From positions 704,001 through 768,000 of the forward strand of contig JBGAHS010000003.1 of the NCBI GenBank assembly GCA_044226015.1: 64,000 bases of DNA, given 5' to 3'. Made by a program: the position numbers and the translations under genes. Source of the DNA: Candidatus Obscuribacteraceae bacterium (lineage in GTDB: Bacteria > Cyanobacteriota > Vampirovibrionia > Obscuribacterales > Obscuribacteraceae). Shown piece after piece: positions 50,591 through 60,899 of this stretch; position 1 is the first letter of the stretch, and each line of letters begins with the position of its first letter. The notes beneath the pieces were generated by a model that was not told the DNA's origin, made no database searches, and was given only the letters and a program-made list of their open reading frames with translations.

Positions 50591-51889
50591 TTAGTTGAAG
50601 CCGCCTGAGTTATTAACCGAGGTACCGTCCTGCAAAGTCTCTCTTGTCTTACCTTCCATTCCTGGCTTCATGAACATCATTTGGAACAAAGGAGCTCGCT
50701 TGCCCAGTATGTAGTGAAGCTGTTTAGCAGCGACATCAACGTCAGAAGCTGCGGTCTTCACTTTGTTCATTGTCTGCGTGAGATCAGCCTTGAATGCGGG
50801 GTCTGTCAACATGGTGTTAGCCTTGTTCATGGCTTCTTTTGCATTGTTCATCATGTCTTTCACGTCTGAACGTAAGCCCTGATCATCAGCCAGTTTGTTC
50901 ACAACTTGCATAGATTGTCTTATCTGCTCTGAGGAAGTTTGAATTTTTCCAAGCATGGTGAGCAAATCTTGGCGCAGTTCTTTGTCTTTCACACTTGAGT
51001 TCAAATCAGAAATCGCTGCCTGAACCGAGCTTGCTGTCTTATGCGCAAGCTCCACAGTATCCTTCAGGTCTTTAGTCAACGCAGGATTGTCGAGAATTTT
51101 ACTGACCTTACTGTTAGTTGTTGAAACACCGCGCGCAAGCTCAGTGACTGATTGAAAGCTGGTTTTACCCTCAGTCAGGAAAGCGTTTGCATTGTCTGTG
51201 ACTCTTTCCGCTCTTTCGGCAGTTTTTCCAAATTTATTGGCCATGGCTCCGACGTTATCTGAAGCTTTGCGAAGACTTGCAGTAACTGCAGGCATACTAT
51301 CGAGATTCTTGTCCAGCTTTTCTGCGGCCAGGGAAAGGTGCTTGACGGCTAATCCAGCCTCTTCAGGAGACAGCGATGAGGCTATACCATTGAGCTTTGT
51401 AGCAATGTTATTAACCACCAACTCGACTCTAACTGGGTCTTTCCCCTCAACGACAACATCTTTATTCATCGGAGGCGACTCGGCTGAGCCAAGCTGAGGA
51501 AGCGTGATCTCAATATATTTGGCACCAACAAGGCCGAGTGTTTGAATCGTGATTTCGGCGTTTTGTGGAATTGGGAGCTCCTTCAAACCAGTCACTTTCA
51601 TCTGAGCATAAACTTTCGGAAGCTTTGCTTCAGCTGCGGTGGCATCAGGAGGCTCCTTAAGCCCTTCTGGCAACTTAAAGCTAATCTGACTCACGGTGCC
51701 AACCCGCACCCCCTGGACATTCACCGTCGCGTTGTTGCTCAATCCAGCCAAGTCATGAAAGCGCACCCAAAATATTTGTGGTGGGTCAAAAAGGGAAAAA
51801 CTCTTCAGCCAGGCGAGTCCATAAAGGAGCATCATGATAGCGCCCAGGGCGAAAAATCCAACGCGAAGTTCAAAGTTCTCTCGTGCCAT
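50591..51889 (-). CDS. mlaD: MCE/MlaD family lipid-transport substrate-binding protein with long helical region
   Basis: VGFF TM, F.D.AGL...VQGVRVG, LGLVGAKYIEI. Confidence 0.9.
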   Translation of the reverse strand: MARENFELRVGFFALGAIMMLLYGLAWLKSFSLFDPPQIFWVRFHDLAGLSNNATVNVQGVRVGTVSQISFKLPEGLKEPPDATAAEAKLPKVYAQMKVTGLKELPIPQNAEITIQTLGLVGAKYIEITLPQLGSAESPPMNKDVVVEGKDPVRVELVVNNIATKLNGIASSLSPEEAGLAVKHLSLAAEKLDKNLDSMPAVTASLRKASDNVGAMANKFGKTAERAERVTDNANAFLTEGKTSFQSVTELARGVSTTNSKVSKILDNPALTKDLKDTVELAHKTASSVQAAISDLNSSVKDKELRQDLLTMLGKIQTSSEQIRQSMQVVNKLADDQGLRSDVKDMMNNAKEAMNKANTMLTDPAFKADLTQTMNKVKTAASDVDVAAKQLHYILGKRAPLFQMMFMKPGMEGKTRETLQDGTSVNNSGGFN

Positions 51890-51901
51890 TAGTCCATCCT
51901 G

Positions 51902-52654
51902 TTATGCATCTAGCATTGGTCCTTCTTTTGTCGCGTGAGCAAACTGGTGAATATAGGGATTATTAGATTCCTGAGCATCCTCAGGAGTTCCTTCCCATAC
52001 TATTTTGCCAGCATGCATCATGATTATTCTCTCTGCAGTGCGAGTCCAAGTGGAAAATTGGTGAGTAACTACAATCGAAGCTGCGTGCAACTCCTTTTCT
52101 AGCTCAATAATATAATCTTCCACGATGGTTGACATTACAGGATCGAGTCCTGTGGTCGGTTCGTCATAGAGAATAATTTTAGGGTTATAAACCACAGCTC
52201 GCGCAAAGCTTGTACGCTTTTGCTGACCGCCCGATAGCTCGCTCGGGAAGTGGTCAAGGTGGTCGCCTAAACCCACAAGTTCCAGAGTCTTCTGAATCTG
52301 GGACGCCTTGTCAGCCTTGCTCATCTTACGCCCTCGCAGGGCAAGCTCAAGATTCTCACGAACCGTATATGAATTTAACAAGGCAGAACCCTGAAACACG
52401 AGCCCAATCTCGTTTTTGTCTACTTCAATCTCACCAGAGTCGGGCTCAAGCAAGCCACAGAGAATCTTGAGAATGGTCGACTTTCCACAACCAGAAGGTC
52501 CAATGATTCCCAGCGTTTCCCCGGGATATACCTCAAAGCTAATACCGCGTAGAACGGGACGCCCATCGAAACTCTTATGGACGTTTCGAAACACTATTGC
52601 CGGGCTAGCCTCTTTGTACTTTCCAGTCACAGAGCCATCCTCATCTCGGTGCAT
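51902..52654 (-). CDS. mlaF: MlaF-type ABC ATPase
   Basis: GPSGCGKS, LSGGQQKR, YDEPTTGLDP; lies between mlaE and mlaD. Confidence 0.9.
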   Translation of the reverse strand: MHRDEDGSVTGKYKEASPAIVFRNVHKSFDGRPVLRGISFEVYPGETLGIIGPSGCGKSTILKILCGLLEPDSGEIEVDKNEIGLVFQGSALLNSYTVRENLELALRGRKMSKADKASQIQKTLELVGLGDHLDHFPSELSGGQQKRTSFARAVVYNPKIILYDEPTTGLDPVMSTIVEDYIIELEKELHAASIVVTHQFSTWTRTAERIIMMHAGKIVWEGTPEDAQESNNPYIHQFAHATKEGPMLDA

Positions 52655-53480
52655 AGGTCAGCGAAGTGACCACGAAATTGAAGATAAAGATCATCGTCAT
52701 TGTCCACACAATTGAGCGTGTAGTTGCGATGCCCACATCTTCTGCTCCCCCACGCGTACTCAAGCCAATGGCGCACGAGAAGATCGTGACTATGGTTCCG
52801 TTGATGAAGGCTTTGAGAAAATGAACGACAAAATCTCGCTCAAGAATTGTTTGCTTGACCGAGTCCAGAAATGTAGCTGGCGGAACATTAGCCGCACTGG
52901 CTGCAATGTTGATGCCGGCGATCAAACCAATAAACATTGCATATACCGAAAGTGCTGGCATCATGAGAATGCCGGCTAAATATCGAGGCACCACCAAAAA
53001 CTCGACAGGATCAATTCTCATAACATGCAGCGCATCGATTTGCTCTGTAATCATCATGGTCGTCAGCTCTGCAGCAATTGATGAGCCAACACGCCCAGCC
53101 ATCATGACTCCTGCGGTAATTGGTCCAATTTCACGAATGAGTGCCAGTGACACCACGCCGCCAATTGCGGTATCAGCTCCAAACAAAACAAGTTCTCTGG
53201 AAATCTGCAAAGACATTGCAAAACCGGTAAATAGAGCCGTCAGCCCGACAACGAGAAAGGACTTGAGCCCGATCATCTCGCACTGCCTTATGGTTTCTGC
53301 AAACTCAATTTTTCCTTTGAAAATTGCCACCCAGACTTTGACCAGCAAAATGATGGCAAGACCAATCATTCGCACGCCGCTGCCGAAGTACGCCTCAAGG
53401 AAAAGAAATGGGTTTGTTATCCGCTTCTTTTTTCTGGATTCGAATTTTGGGGCATCTACAGCCGATGAACCGTTTGACAA
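52641..53480 (-). CDS. mlaE: MlaE-type ABC permease
   Basis: IREIGP, GRVGSSIAAEL..M.ITEQIDAL, GGAEDVG.ATT; start uncertain (TTG 53480 proposed). Confidence 0.9.
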   Translation of the reverse strand: MSNGSSAVDAPKFESRKKKRITNPFLFLEAYFGSGVRMIGLAIILLVKVWVAIFKGKIEFAETIRQCEMIGLKSFLVVGLTALFTGFAMSLQISRELVLFGADTAIGGVVSLALIREIGPITAGVMMAGRVGSSIAAELTTMMITEQIDALHVMRIDPVEFLVVPRYLAGILMMPALSVYAMFIGLIAGINIAASAANVPPATFLDSVKQTILERDFVVHFLKAFINGTIVTIFSCAIGLSTRGGAEDVGIATTRSIVWTMTMIFIFNFVVTSLTYAPR

Positions 53481-53807
53481 CCAACAAACCCCGCGTCTCT
53501 TCGTAGTACGTTTTAGCAATTTCAAAACGCCTAGCATAACCAATGCATACAGTTTCTGCACTGTTTGCTTGTAAATCTGCGAGAGAAACTCTTTACTGGC
53601 GCCAATCTAACGGTTCTAGAATCTATTTCATCTAACTGGACAGCAGAAGTCTGAGCCAGTCAGGGGAAATTCCCCAGCATTCAAAACCTAACGCAGAAGC
53701 CCATTTTCCGCTCCTGTCGCCTTCATGCGTGATTTCCCCAGTGAATTTTAGCTTCAGTTAAGCTTAAATCCTTTCTGTAACGTTGGTCCGCTTAACGGCA
53801 TTTCGGC

Positions 53808-54482
53808 ATGAACCATCAAGACCCAGGCGATCTCAGTATCGAATCTCTTTTCTCAAGCAGAGGACCGCTAGATTTCAATAGCAGTGCTTTTAAAGCGTCC
53901 CCCGAGCTGAGAGAACTTCAAGAGCGATTCATCAAAGCCAAAAACGAAAAACAGAGCATGTCAATCATGGGCAGCTGCCTTGCCATGGCCAACCCCATCA
54001 TGCCGCTGGGTTTTCTCGCCACCTTGTTCCTTCTGGGCAAAATGGATGGAATGGATAAGGATCCCTTCGCCCTTGAAATGGGTGGAAACAAGACGCTCAA
54101 AGGAGAGATGGCACGAATCGCCGCTGCAGAAGCCTTGCTTCGCAAGCGCAAAGAAAGCGGAGAGGATCCTGAATCGAATGCCTATCTCAAATACGCATCC
54201 AGAGAACTGGCTATGCGTCCGTATAAATCAGCTTTGCGACCACTGAGAGCAAACGAAAAACGCGTAATTCCCAACAAACAATCGCGCGAAAACCTTGGCA
54301 CTAACAGTTTTTTCATCACCAAGGAAAAGCAAGCTAAAATGCGCGAGATAAAGAAGCAGAAAATTCTTCTTGAAAGTATTGCCCAGAAAGAAAGAGAAGA
54401 GCAGAATCTGGCTGAGGCTAGCCAGATTTCGCAAAAATTAGAGTTGCTAGACAAACTCTTGAACAAGATGGAAAAATCCTAA
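53808..54482 (+). CDS. Hypothetical protein (224 aa)
   Basis: Long ORF with a charged helical C terminus. Confidence 0.65.
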   Translation: MNHQDPGDLSIESLFSSRGPLDFNSSAFKASPELRELQERFIKAKNEKQSMSIMGSCLAMANPIMPLGFLATLFLLGKMDGMDKDPFALEMGGNKTLKGEMARIAAAEALLRKRKESGEDPESNAYLKYASRELAMRPYKSALRPLRANEKRVIPNKQSRENLGTNSFFITKEKQAKMREIKKQKILLESIAQKEREEQNLAEASQISQKLELLDKLLNKMEKS

Positions 54483-54664
54483 CCCTGCGAAGTCCAGGAT
54501 CCGCACCCAAGCAGAGCGAATCGGTTTGAAATATGGCCGGTCAATTATCTCCAGTCTTATGAACGCGAAACTTGACTGATTAATCTGAAATCGCCTACTT
54601 ATTCACCAATAGACCGCTTCAAACAGAAAATTTCTGGGTAAATCATGCAGCGTGGACATCTTTC

Positions 54665-55327
54665 GTGATGGAGACGGAAGTGCAGGACAATTACATTAAA
54701 GCGGGAAGTCCAGACACCCCCGCTGATGAATTGAGAGCTCTTATAGCTGACAACGACCCTTCGGTCAGGAGGCGACTTGCAGAAAACCCACACACTCCGG
54801 AAGATGTACTACTCAAACTAGCGGTAGACGAGAATACAGAGGTCAGATGCGCCGTGGCCGATCATGATAGTGCACCAAGAGAAGTACTTGAAAAACTAGT
54901 AAGCGACGATGATGTCCAGGTTCGCTATGCGGTCGCTGGTCAATACTCTTTGCCAGTAGACCTCCTGGAGAAGCTATCCACCAGTGATGAGAACCCCTAC
55001 GTGCGTGACCACGCCAGGCGAACACTGGAAGGAATTTTTCTTGAGCAAGCACTGAATGAAGCAGGCTTTGTTCCGAAAGCTGGCGCTAAAGAAAAGCTAG
55101 GAGACTTGCTCAGCGACGCCGGAGTCTTAACCGAAGAGCAAATTTTGGAACTTGTGAGAATTGCCGGAGAACGTGGCGTTCCTTTGGGGCACGCCCTGGT
55201 TGAATCGCGCTGCGTTAGCAGGTCGGTAGTTGTTGCTGCACTGAAAGCACAACTCAGCGTCAGAGATGGCAGCATGACGCACCAGGACGCTGTATACAAT
55301 GTCAAACACGTTTGGGGTAAGCCCTGA
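54665..55327 (+). CDS. HEAT/LRV-repeat protein with C-terminal MshEN/GSPII_N-like segment
   Basis: Repeats VRxxxA.N..TP..L..L..D; KLGDLLSDAGVLTEEQI and PLGHALV. Confidence 0.8.
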   Translation: MMETEVQDNYIKAGSPDTPADELRALIADNDPSVRRRLAENPHTPEDVLLKLAVDENTEVRCAVADHDSAPREVLEKLVSDDDVQVRYAVAGQYSLPVDLLEKLSTSDENPYVRDHARRTLEGIFLEQALNEAGFVPKAGAKEKLGDLLSDAGVLTEEQILELVRIAGERGVPLGHALVESRCVSRSVVVAALKAQLSVRDGSMTHQDAVYNVKHVWGKP

Positions 55328-55350
55328 GAACCAATTTAGTAAATCGTACT

Positions 55351-55390
55351 AAACAAAAGAGCCGACCTCGAAAGGTCGGCTCTTTTGTTT
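55351..55390. terminator. Bidirectional intrinsic terminator
   Basis: Perfect 18-bp stem AAACAAAAGAGCCGACCT-CGAA-AGGTCGGCTCTTTTGTTT between convergent genes. Confidence 0.9.
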
Positions 55391-55403
55391 CACAAGGAAT
55401 CTC

Positions 55404-56804
55404 TCACGCGACAGAACCCTCAGGAAGTGCAGTTAGTTCAGGAACCTGGACATCACGATTACGATTCAAATTGGTGCCAACAACTTCACCGTTTGTTTCA
55501 GGAAGCCAGAATGCAGTAATGAATCCAATTCCATAAACCAGAGCGAGTGTAGCGCTGGCATAAGCATAAGAACCGTGATAGAAAGCAATGAGCTGAGCAC
55601 CAAAAAGTGCCAATACTGCCGCAAAAATTCTTCCAGCACCAAAACAAATACCCGTTGCAGTTGCTAAGACTGATGTTTTAAAAGCTTCTGGAATATAAAC
55701 TTGCAAGCCCGACCACTGCATGTTGATCAATGCGCCAGCAAGAGCGCACCAGATTAGCAATGGCGTTCCATAAGAATGAACGAGCAAAAACATGCTTATT
55801 GTTGCGAGCATGCCACCACCAAAGCCTATCTTAAAAGTGTTTGCACGGCCGAGCTTCTGCACCATAATCGGTGAAAGAAAACAACCAAGCAGACCACCAA
55901 GACTGAATATGGTGGTTGCCCAACTGCGTTCTTCAATGGCGAGAGTTCCAGATAATTGATTAACCCAGGCCGGTATCCACGCTACACATGCCCAATAGCC
56001 CACAACTGCTGATGAGCCCAGAACAGCTGTAAGCAATAGACGCTTGCGGTCTTCGCCTTGAATCAATTCGAGTATCGGATGACGAACCAGAGCTTGATCG
56101 TGCTCGTCCAAGTCTTCCTTCTTACGAGATTTAAGGCTCTTTCTCAACGCATCAACTTCTTCAAAAGAGTTCGATTCCTGCATGTTAGAGCGAATATATA
56201 AAGTCAACAAAGCAGGAATGACGCCAGCCACGAAGAGCCACCGCCATCCGTGCGGACCAAGCAACATGTTGGCCAATGCAGATAGCATCAAACCTACATT
56301 GAATGAACTTTCAAGCGCACAGGCGGCCCACAGCCGCCCCTTCTTGCTCCAGAACTCGGAGATCACAACACCACCAAGACAAATTTCGCCCCCGATTCCG
56401 CAGCCTACAAGAAAGCGACAAGCAGCGAACTCCACCCAGTTATGCGCCAGTGCGCAGAATCCGGTGGCTACAGAATAAATCAAAATTGTCAACATCATTG
56501 TCTTGCGACGACCAATTCGATCAGCAACTACTCCAAAACCGATTGCGCCGAAAAACCAACCGAGCATGAAGATTGCAAGCACAAGAGAGCCTGTCTGCCC
56601 GACCGCTATGTCTGACTTGTTATTGATGAGTTCCGAAATCGCTGGAACCAGAGCTATAAAATAAAGCGATGCATCCATCGCATCGAAAGCTTCACCGAGC
56701 CAGGCCGCTAGCAAAGCATGCCAGTGAGCATGTTTCTTGCCGCCTTCGATCTGTTCTTTCGCCTCTGCCAAACTCGAAATCGGTTTCTTGTCGCATGCAA
56801 TCAT
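55404..56804 (-). CDS. MFS transporter (aromatic acid/sugar porter-like)
   Basis: FDAMD, GVVADRIGRRK, RFLVGCGIGGE, about 12 TM segments; RBS AGGAG before ATG 56804. Confidence 0.9.
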   Translation of the reverse strand: MIACDKKPISSLAEAKEQIEGGKKHAHWHALLAAWLGEAFDAMDASLYFIALVPAISELINNKSDIAVGQTGSLVLAIFMLGWFFGAIGFGVVADRIGRRKTMMLTILIYSVATGFCALAHNWVEFAACRFLVGCGIGGEICLGGVVISEFWSKKGRLWAACALESSFNVGLMLSALANMLLGPHGWRWLFVAGVIPALLTLYIRSNMQESNSFEEVDALRKSLKSRKKEDLDEHDQALVRHPILELIQGEDRKRLLLTAVLGSSAVVGYWACVAWIPAWVNQLSGTLAIEERSWATTIFSLGGLLGCFLSPIMVQKLGRANTFKIGFGGGMLATISMFLLVHSYGTPLLIWCALAGALINMQWSGLQVYIPEAFKTSVLATATGICFGAGRIFAAVLALFGAQLIAFYHGSYAYASATLALVYGIGFITAFWLPETNGEVVGTNLNRNRDVQVPELTALPEGSVA

Positions 56805-56987
56805 GTGCTGACTATCTCCTCTAATGACCTTGCAATCATGAGGGAGGCTGCGTGACATATCCGTTGTAGGACTTGCGGAAAATACGAGCAACGAGCTGCA
56901 AAATGAGCAATTTAATCTTTAAAAGCAAACATGCCGCCTAAAACAGCAGCATGCCTTGCGCTATTCGTTGCCACTTTATTTGGTGGC

Positions 56988-58043
56988 TTATTTTTTCGGG
57001 TCCTTCCAGGACTCTTGACCAACACGAAATGCAATCAATGGCTTGGATGCGCCGTCTTGAACCACCCAGACCAGTGGTGGCTTGTCCATTTTGAAGGATC
57101 TCTCGATAGGAGCAAGACTTCTGGTCATTCCCATTCCCAACCCCTGTTTGATCTCAGCACCGTTTTGATCAAAATCTGCTGAAGTAAAAATCTTTGCCTG
57201 CGTCACTGAAAGTCCGCCATTGGCTTGCATTCCCAAGAGCTGAGGAACGTCTCCCTCATCTCGGACCTTCATCTTTGGAATAACAGCTTTCGAATACTCA
57301 TCACTCGGCGTGTTCTTGCCTGGCGTAAGCTCAAATGCGGCTTTATAAGCGGAATAGCCCTTCATGTCGCCATCTGCAGGGGACATGTACATCGTTATAC
57401 CTTTTGCATCATCTCTATAGACTTCAATTACGGTCTTACCATTTACATTAAACGACTTAACGCTCTTCTCGAAGGCATCAAACTCTTTGTCTTTGCCAGA
57501 CTCATCTTTGGCAGTCAGCTTCGTTTCCTTGCCCTTCCAGTCAGCCTTGAAGTCGAAAACGCCACCAGCAGCGACACCATCAGGACCAACATCTTTTAGC
57601 TTGATCGGGATGCCGTGTCGTGCAAACATTTCATTGACTTTGTCTGAGCCACCGGCTTGAGCCGCTCCATCCAACAAACCAAGTTTCTTCAGAGCATCTA
57701 CTTCTGGACCCAGAGAGGCTGACTGGTTTAACAACTCTCTCTGTGCTTTGTTAATTGGTTTCCAATTAGGATCTGTTTTGAGGTCACCCTTCATTGCCTC
57801 AGTAAGCGCAGCAAACACATAAGGACTAGGTGGCAAGGTGCCTGCACCGGCAACCTTATCACCCCAGGCAGGACCTTCCTTGGCACTATCGTTAACACGT
57901 GCTGGAGACTGTTTGTCAGTTGCAGGAATTCTATCTGCAGCAACTTTCGACCAGGGATTTTCTGTAGCCGTGTCCTTGCTTGGCTCAGCCTCTTTTTGCT
58001 GGAAAGGAGATGCTTTTCTGTGTTCTGCTGCTTCGCCGGCCAT
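56988..58043 (-). CDS. Divergent serpin-like protein
   Basis: FDFKADW, IPKMKV, DFDQNGAE...MTRSL...FKMDKPPLVWV resemble serpin motifs F(K)GxW, PKF, EEGTEA and FxADRPF. Confidence 0.55.
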   Translation of the reverse strand: MAGEAAEHRKASPFQQKEAEPSKDTATENPWSKVAADRIPATDKQSPARVNDSAKEGPAWGDKVAGAGTLPPSPYVFAALTEAMKGDLKTDPNWKPINKAQRELLNQSASLGPEVDALKKLGLLDGAAQAGGSDKVNEMFARHGIPIKLKDVGPDGVAAGGVFDFKADWKGKETKLTAKDESGKDKEFDAFEKSVKSFNVNGKTVIEVYRDDAKGITMYMSPADGDMKGYSAYKAAFELTPGKNTPSDEYSKAVIPKMKVRDEGDVPQLLGMQANGGLSVTQAKIFTSADFDQNGAEIKQGLGMGMTRSLAPIERSFKMDKPPLVWVVQDGASKPLIAFRVGQESWKDPKK

Positions 58044-58348
58044 ACTCTTACCCCTCGTTACCAGAGCCTGAGCTCCAGATACTATTTACCCAATGACTCG
58101 CAACCCGATCGAAAACCTTAACTGGATCACATTTTGCGGGAATTTCATCGCAGAGTAACTGTGTATTAACGCAGAAATTAAGCTAGAACCTGCATTTTTA
58201 CTGGACCTTTAAAATACAAAAAGCGCTGGAAAAGCAGATGATTCGGTTGTTTCAACACGAACACGCCGCAATGGGCCAGAATATTTTGTAGCGGGCATAC
58301 CTCTAACGGATCCCCAACAGTTTAAAACTGAAAAAGGTCGAAAAAGTA

Positions 58349-58376
58349 CAGAAAGGGGCTGAAAAGCCCCTCTCTG
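58349..58376 (-). terminator. Terminator of the 58425-59063 gene
   Basis: CAGAGAGGGGCT/AGCCCCTTTCTG stem followed by T tracts. Confidence 0.7.
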
Positions 58377-58424
58377 CATGGCGACACGTTCAGATGGATC
58401 CATCGTCATGCGTCACCCAGACAC

Positions 58425-59063
58425 TCAGTTCTTTAACCGGTCAAATGCCACTGCACCGTCCGCAAGAGCATCTTTCTTGCTACCCACTTTGCCAGTTTCC
58501 AGCACACAGGAACGGAGCAGTTTGTCCTGGACCCGGTAAGCGGCCCGAACTTCGTAGTAAAACCCACCGGCCACACCCCTTACCCACAACTGAGTTTCCT
58601 GCGTTCCCTTCAGTTCGCGCTTCACTAAGGCAAGGGTGTTATTTTCCTTCGGGTAGAGGTCTCGGAAGAACCTGGCGATGATTCTTGCGGGAAGAATCAG
58701 AACCAGACTGCAGGGAAGCGCGAGAATTGCAGTCACCGCCATGGTACAGAGCGTATCGAACACTCCCTCACCCGGGCGCCACCAGCTGCTCATGAGAATG
58801 CCGAGGCAGGCGAGGTAGCAAGCAGCAGCCAGAGAATCGAGATTGCTTGCCACACGAATCGGCAGGAAGACGGCCAGTCGAATCAGTAACGCGATGAGCA
58901 TCGAGCCGAAGAGCGAGATGAATGCAGCACAGCCAACCGTCAGAAGGAGGTCTGCAGCACCGTTAATTCCATCCCACCAGTTCCACAGCAGCAGCCCGAA
59001 GCAGAGCAGAAAAGAGAAAGCTGCCAGATTGAAGTGACCGCCCGTTTTAGCTTGCGCTCTCAA
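58425..59063 (-). CDS. Membrane protein (4 TM segments plus soluble C terminus)
   Basis: TTG start with RBS AGGAG; hydrophobic segments. Confidence 0.75.
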   Translation of the reverse strand: MRAQAKTGGHFNLAAFSFLLCFGLLLWNWWDGINGAADLLLTVGCAAFISLFGSMLIALLIRLAVFLPIRVASNLDSLAAACYLACLGILMSSWWRPGEGVFDTLCTMAVTAILALPCSLVLILPARIIARFFRDLYPKENNTLALVKRELKGTQETQLWVRGVAGGFYYEVRAAYRVQDKLLRSCVLETGKVGSKKDALADGAVAFDRLKN

Positions 59064-59303
59064 TGAAGTCTCCTATTTGAATTGTTTTCGAACGAGAGGA
59101 ACGAACAAATTCGTTCCAATCAAGATTGGTAAAGCAGTGATGGAGAATGCTCGTTAGCTAGATTTTGATGTAGTTCCTTTCTTTGGAGAGTGAATTAAAG
59201 TAAGGTATGCACACTCTCACTTCCCGAGACTGCTCTTCAAGCAAGAGTATGCGGAAGCTACCAGCAACTCCGGCCGAAATTCCTTGCTGAACTGCGCAAG
59301 CTT

Positions 59304-60374
59304 CTAAGGTTGATGCGTCGAAGCTGGTGTAGTCCTGTGCCCTGGCTGCAAAATGCTCCATCCCACCAAACACACAAACAACGCCAGAGCGATCAGTATG
59401 CAGCCGCTGATGACACTCATTAGCTTTGAGTCTTTTTGCTCATGGAGATTTTCTTCCTCGATTTGTTGAAGGTCTCTCTCAATGATGGCTTTCGCCATGC
59501 TCTCGTATTCATCAACTGGATGCGCTTTCACTTTGCCAGTTTCAACAAAACTCTCAATATCTGCAACTAATTCTGCAAAAGATTGATATCGATTAGCAGG
59601 ATTTTTCTGCAATGCTTTCCAACAAATCGATTCCAACGCCGGGCTGAATTGGCTACCAAACCTGGTTTCGTTAAAGCGCTTGGGATATTCGTTTACCTGC
59701 TTATACACAACAGCGTAGGGATCATCATCAGTGAAAGTCTTTTCTCCTGTGAGCATCTCATAGAAAACACAAGCAGCTACACATATCTCACTGCGTTGAT
59801 CAAGAGGCAGATGTCTTCCATGCTCTGGACTCATATAATGAACGAATTTGATCGACTCTTCAGCTTTCTTATCGATGAAAGCAGCCTTCTCTATTTCAAC
59901 TAAAACGGCGAAATCAGTCAGTTTCAGCTCGCCATCATCTTGCACCAGAATGCTTGCAGGAGAAAGCGCAGCGTGCATTCGACCGTTCTCATGCAAGTAT
60001 GCTAGTGCGCCTGCAATTTGCCGCATCTGAGCAACGATTTTTTCTTGAGATTGCGAGCCTTTTCTGATGATGCTCGCAAGACTTTCGGCAGAGACGAACT
60101 CACTCACTACAATTGGACTGCCACTATCCTCAACTCCCAGCTCGATTAGAGCTAAGAGGTTGGGATGACTCAATTTCTTGAGATCAGCAGTTTCGCTCTT
60201 AAATTTCGAAATTGAATCATCATCTTGTGCCTGGTAATCAGTGAGTTGCTTGAGTGCAAAAACATTTCCACTCAGTTCATCAAGCGCTTTGTGAGCAATT
60301 CCTGAGCCGTAATCTGTAAGAGAATCCAGCCGCCTGTAGCGATTAAGATAAAGCACCTTTTCCTGAGCTGACAT
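59304..60374 (-). CDS. Ser/Thr kinase-like protein, probably a pseudokinase, with C-terminal TM
   Basis: ALK, LSHPNL and YMSPEH retained; catalytic loop reads HAALSPAS and DFG reads DFA; start MSAQEK. Confidence 0.85.
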   Translation of the reverse strand: MSAQEKVLYLNRYRRLDSLTDYGSGIAHKALDELSGNVFALKQLTDYQAQDDDSISKFKSETADLKKLSHPNLLALIELGVEDSGSPIVVSEFVSAESLASIIRKGSQSQEKIVAQMRQIAGALAYLHENGRMHAALSPASILVQDDGELKLTDFAVLVEIEKAAFIDKKAEESIKFVHYMSPEHGRHLPLDQRSEICVAACVFYEMLTGEKTFTDDDPYAVVYKQVNEYPKRFNETRFGSQFSPALESICWKALQKNPANRYQSFAELVADIESFVETGKVKAHPVDEYESMAKAIIERDLQQIEEENLHEQKDSKLMSVISGCILIALALFVCLVGWSILQPGHRTTPASTHQP

Positions 60375-60537
60375 ATTCTCTGCCTTGCTGTTTGCGAATA
60401 GAACAGTAGCAAAACAAGAAGCATCAATAAAGCTAGAGAGGCAAAAAAGATGAAAAAAGAACATAAAGCAGAACGAAAAAGCGCTTTTTAAAGTCAAAAA
60501 GTGGATGAAGAACTTTCCGCCAGTGCTTTAAAATGCG

Positions 60538-60572
60538 AAAAGAGGAGGGGAGCTATTGCTAGCCACCCTCCC
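60538..60572 (-). terminator. Terminator of the small-gene array
   Basis: Minus strand GGAGGGTGGCTA/TAGCTCCCCCTCC followed by TCTTTT. Confidence 0.65.
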
Positions 60573-60593
60573 AAGTCCTTGTCCTTTCCTGCT

Positions 60594-60857
60594 TTACCAG
60601 GTTCTCATTTCGGCCGGTGTCCAGAGAAACTCTGTCGGCTTGTCGCCTTCCCGGTCGTGGAGAGATACGAAGTAGACGTTAGTGATGCTCTGCGCCACGT
60701 CCTGCAGATACTCGGTGTAAACCCGACCATCGGGCAGGGTGTAGCGACGCAGGGGCTCGAAGACCGCCGACAAGCTGCCGACGACCTCAACCTTGCAGGC
60801 GGTTTGAACGAGCTGCTTGGCGCATTCATTCAAACCTGCATAACGACTTCTTCTCAT
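60594..60857 (-). CDS. Small hypothetical protein, shorter family member 3 of 3
   Basis: YAGLNECA...LRRYTLPDGRVYTEYLQ...YFVSLHD.EG...LWT. Confidence 0.8.
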   Translation of the reverse strand: MRRSRYAGLNECAKQLVQTACKVEVVGSLSAVFEPLRRYTLPDGRVYTEYLQDVAQSITNVYFVSLHDREGDKPTEFLWTPAEMRTW

Positions 60858-60899
60858 CAGAAAGCTCCGTTGTGAAAACCGAAGAGAGATTGCCCGAGC

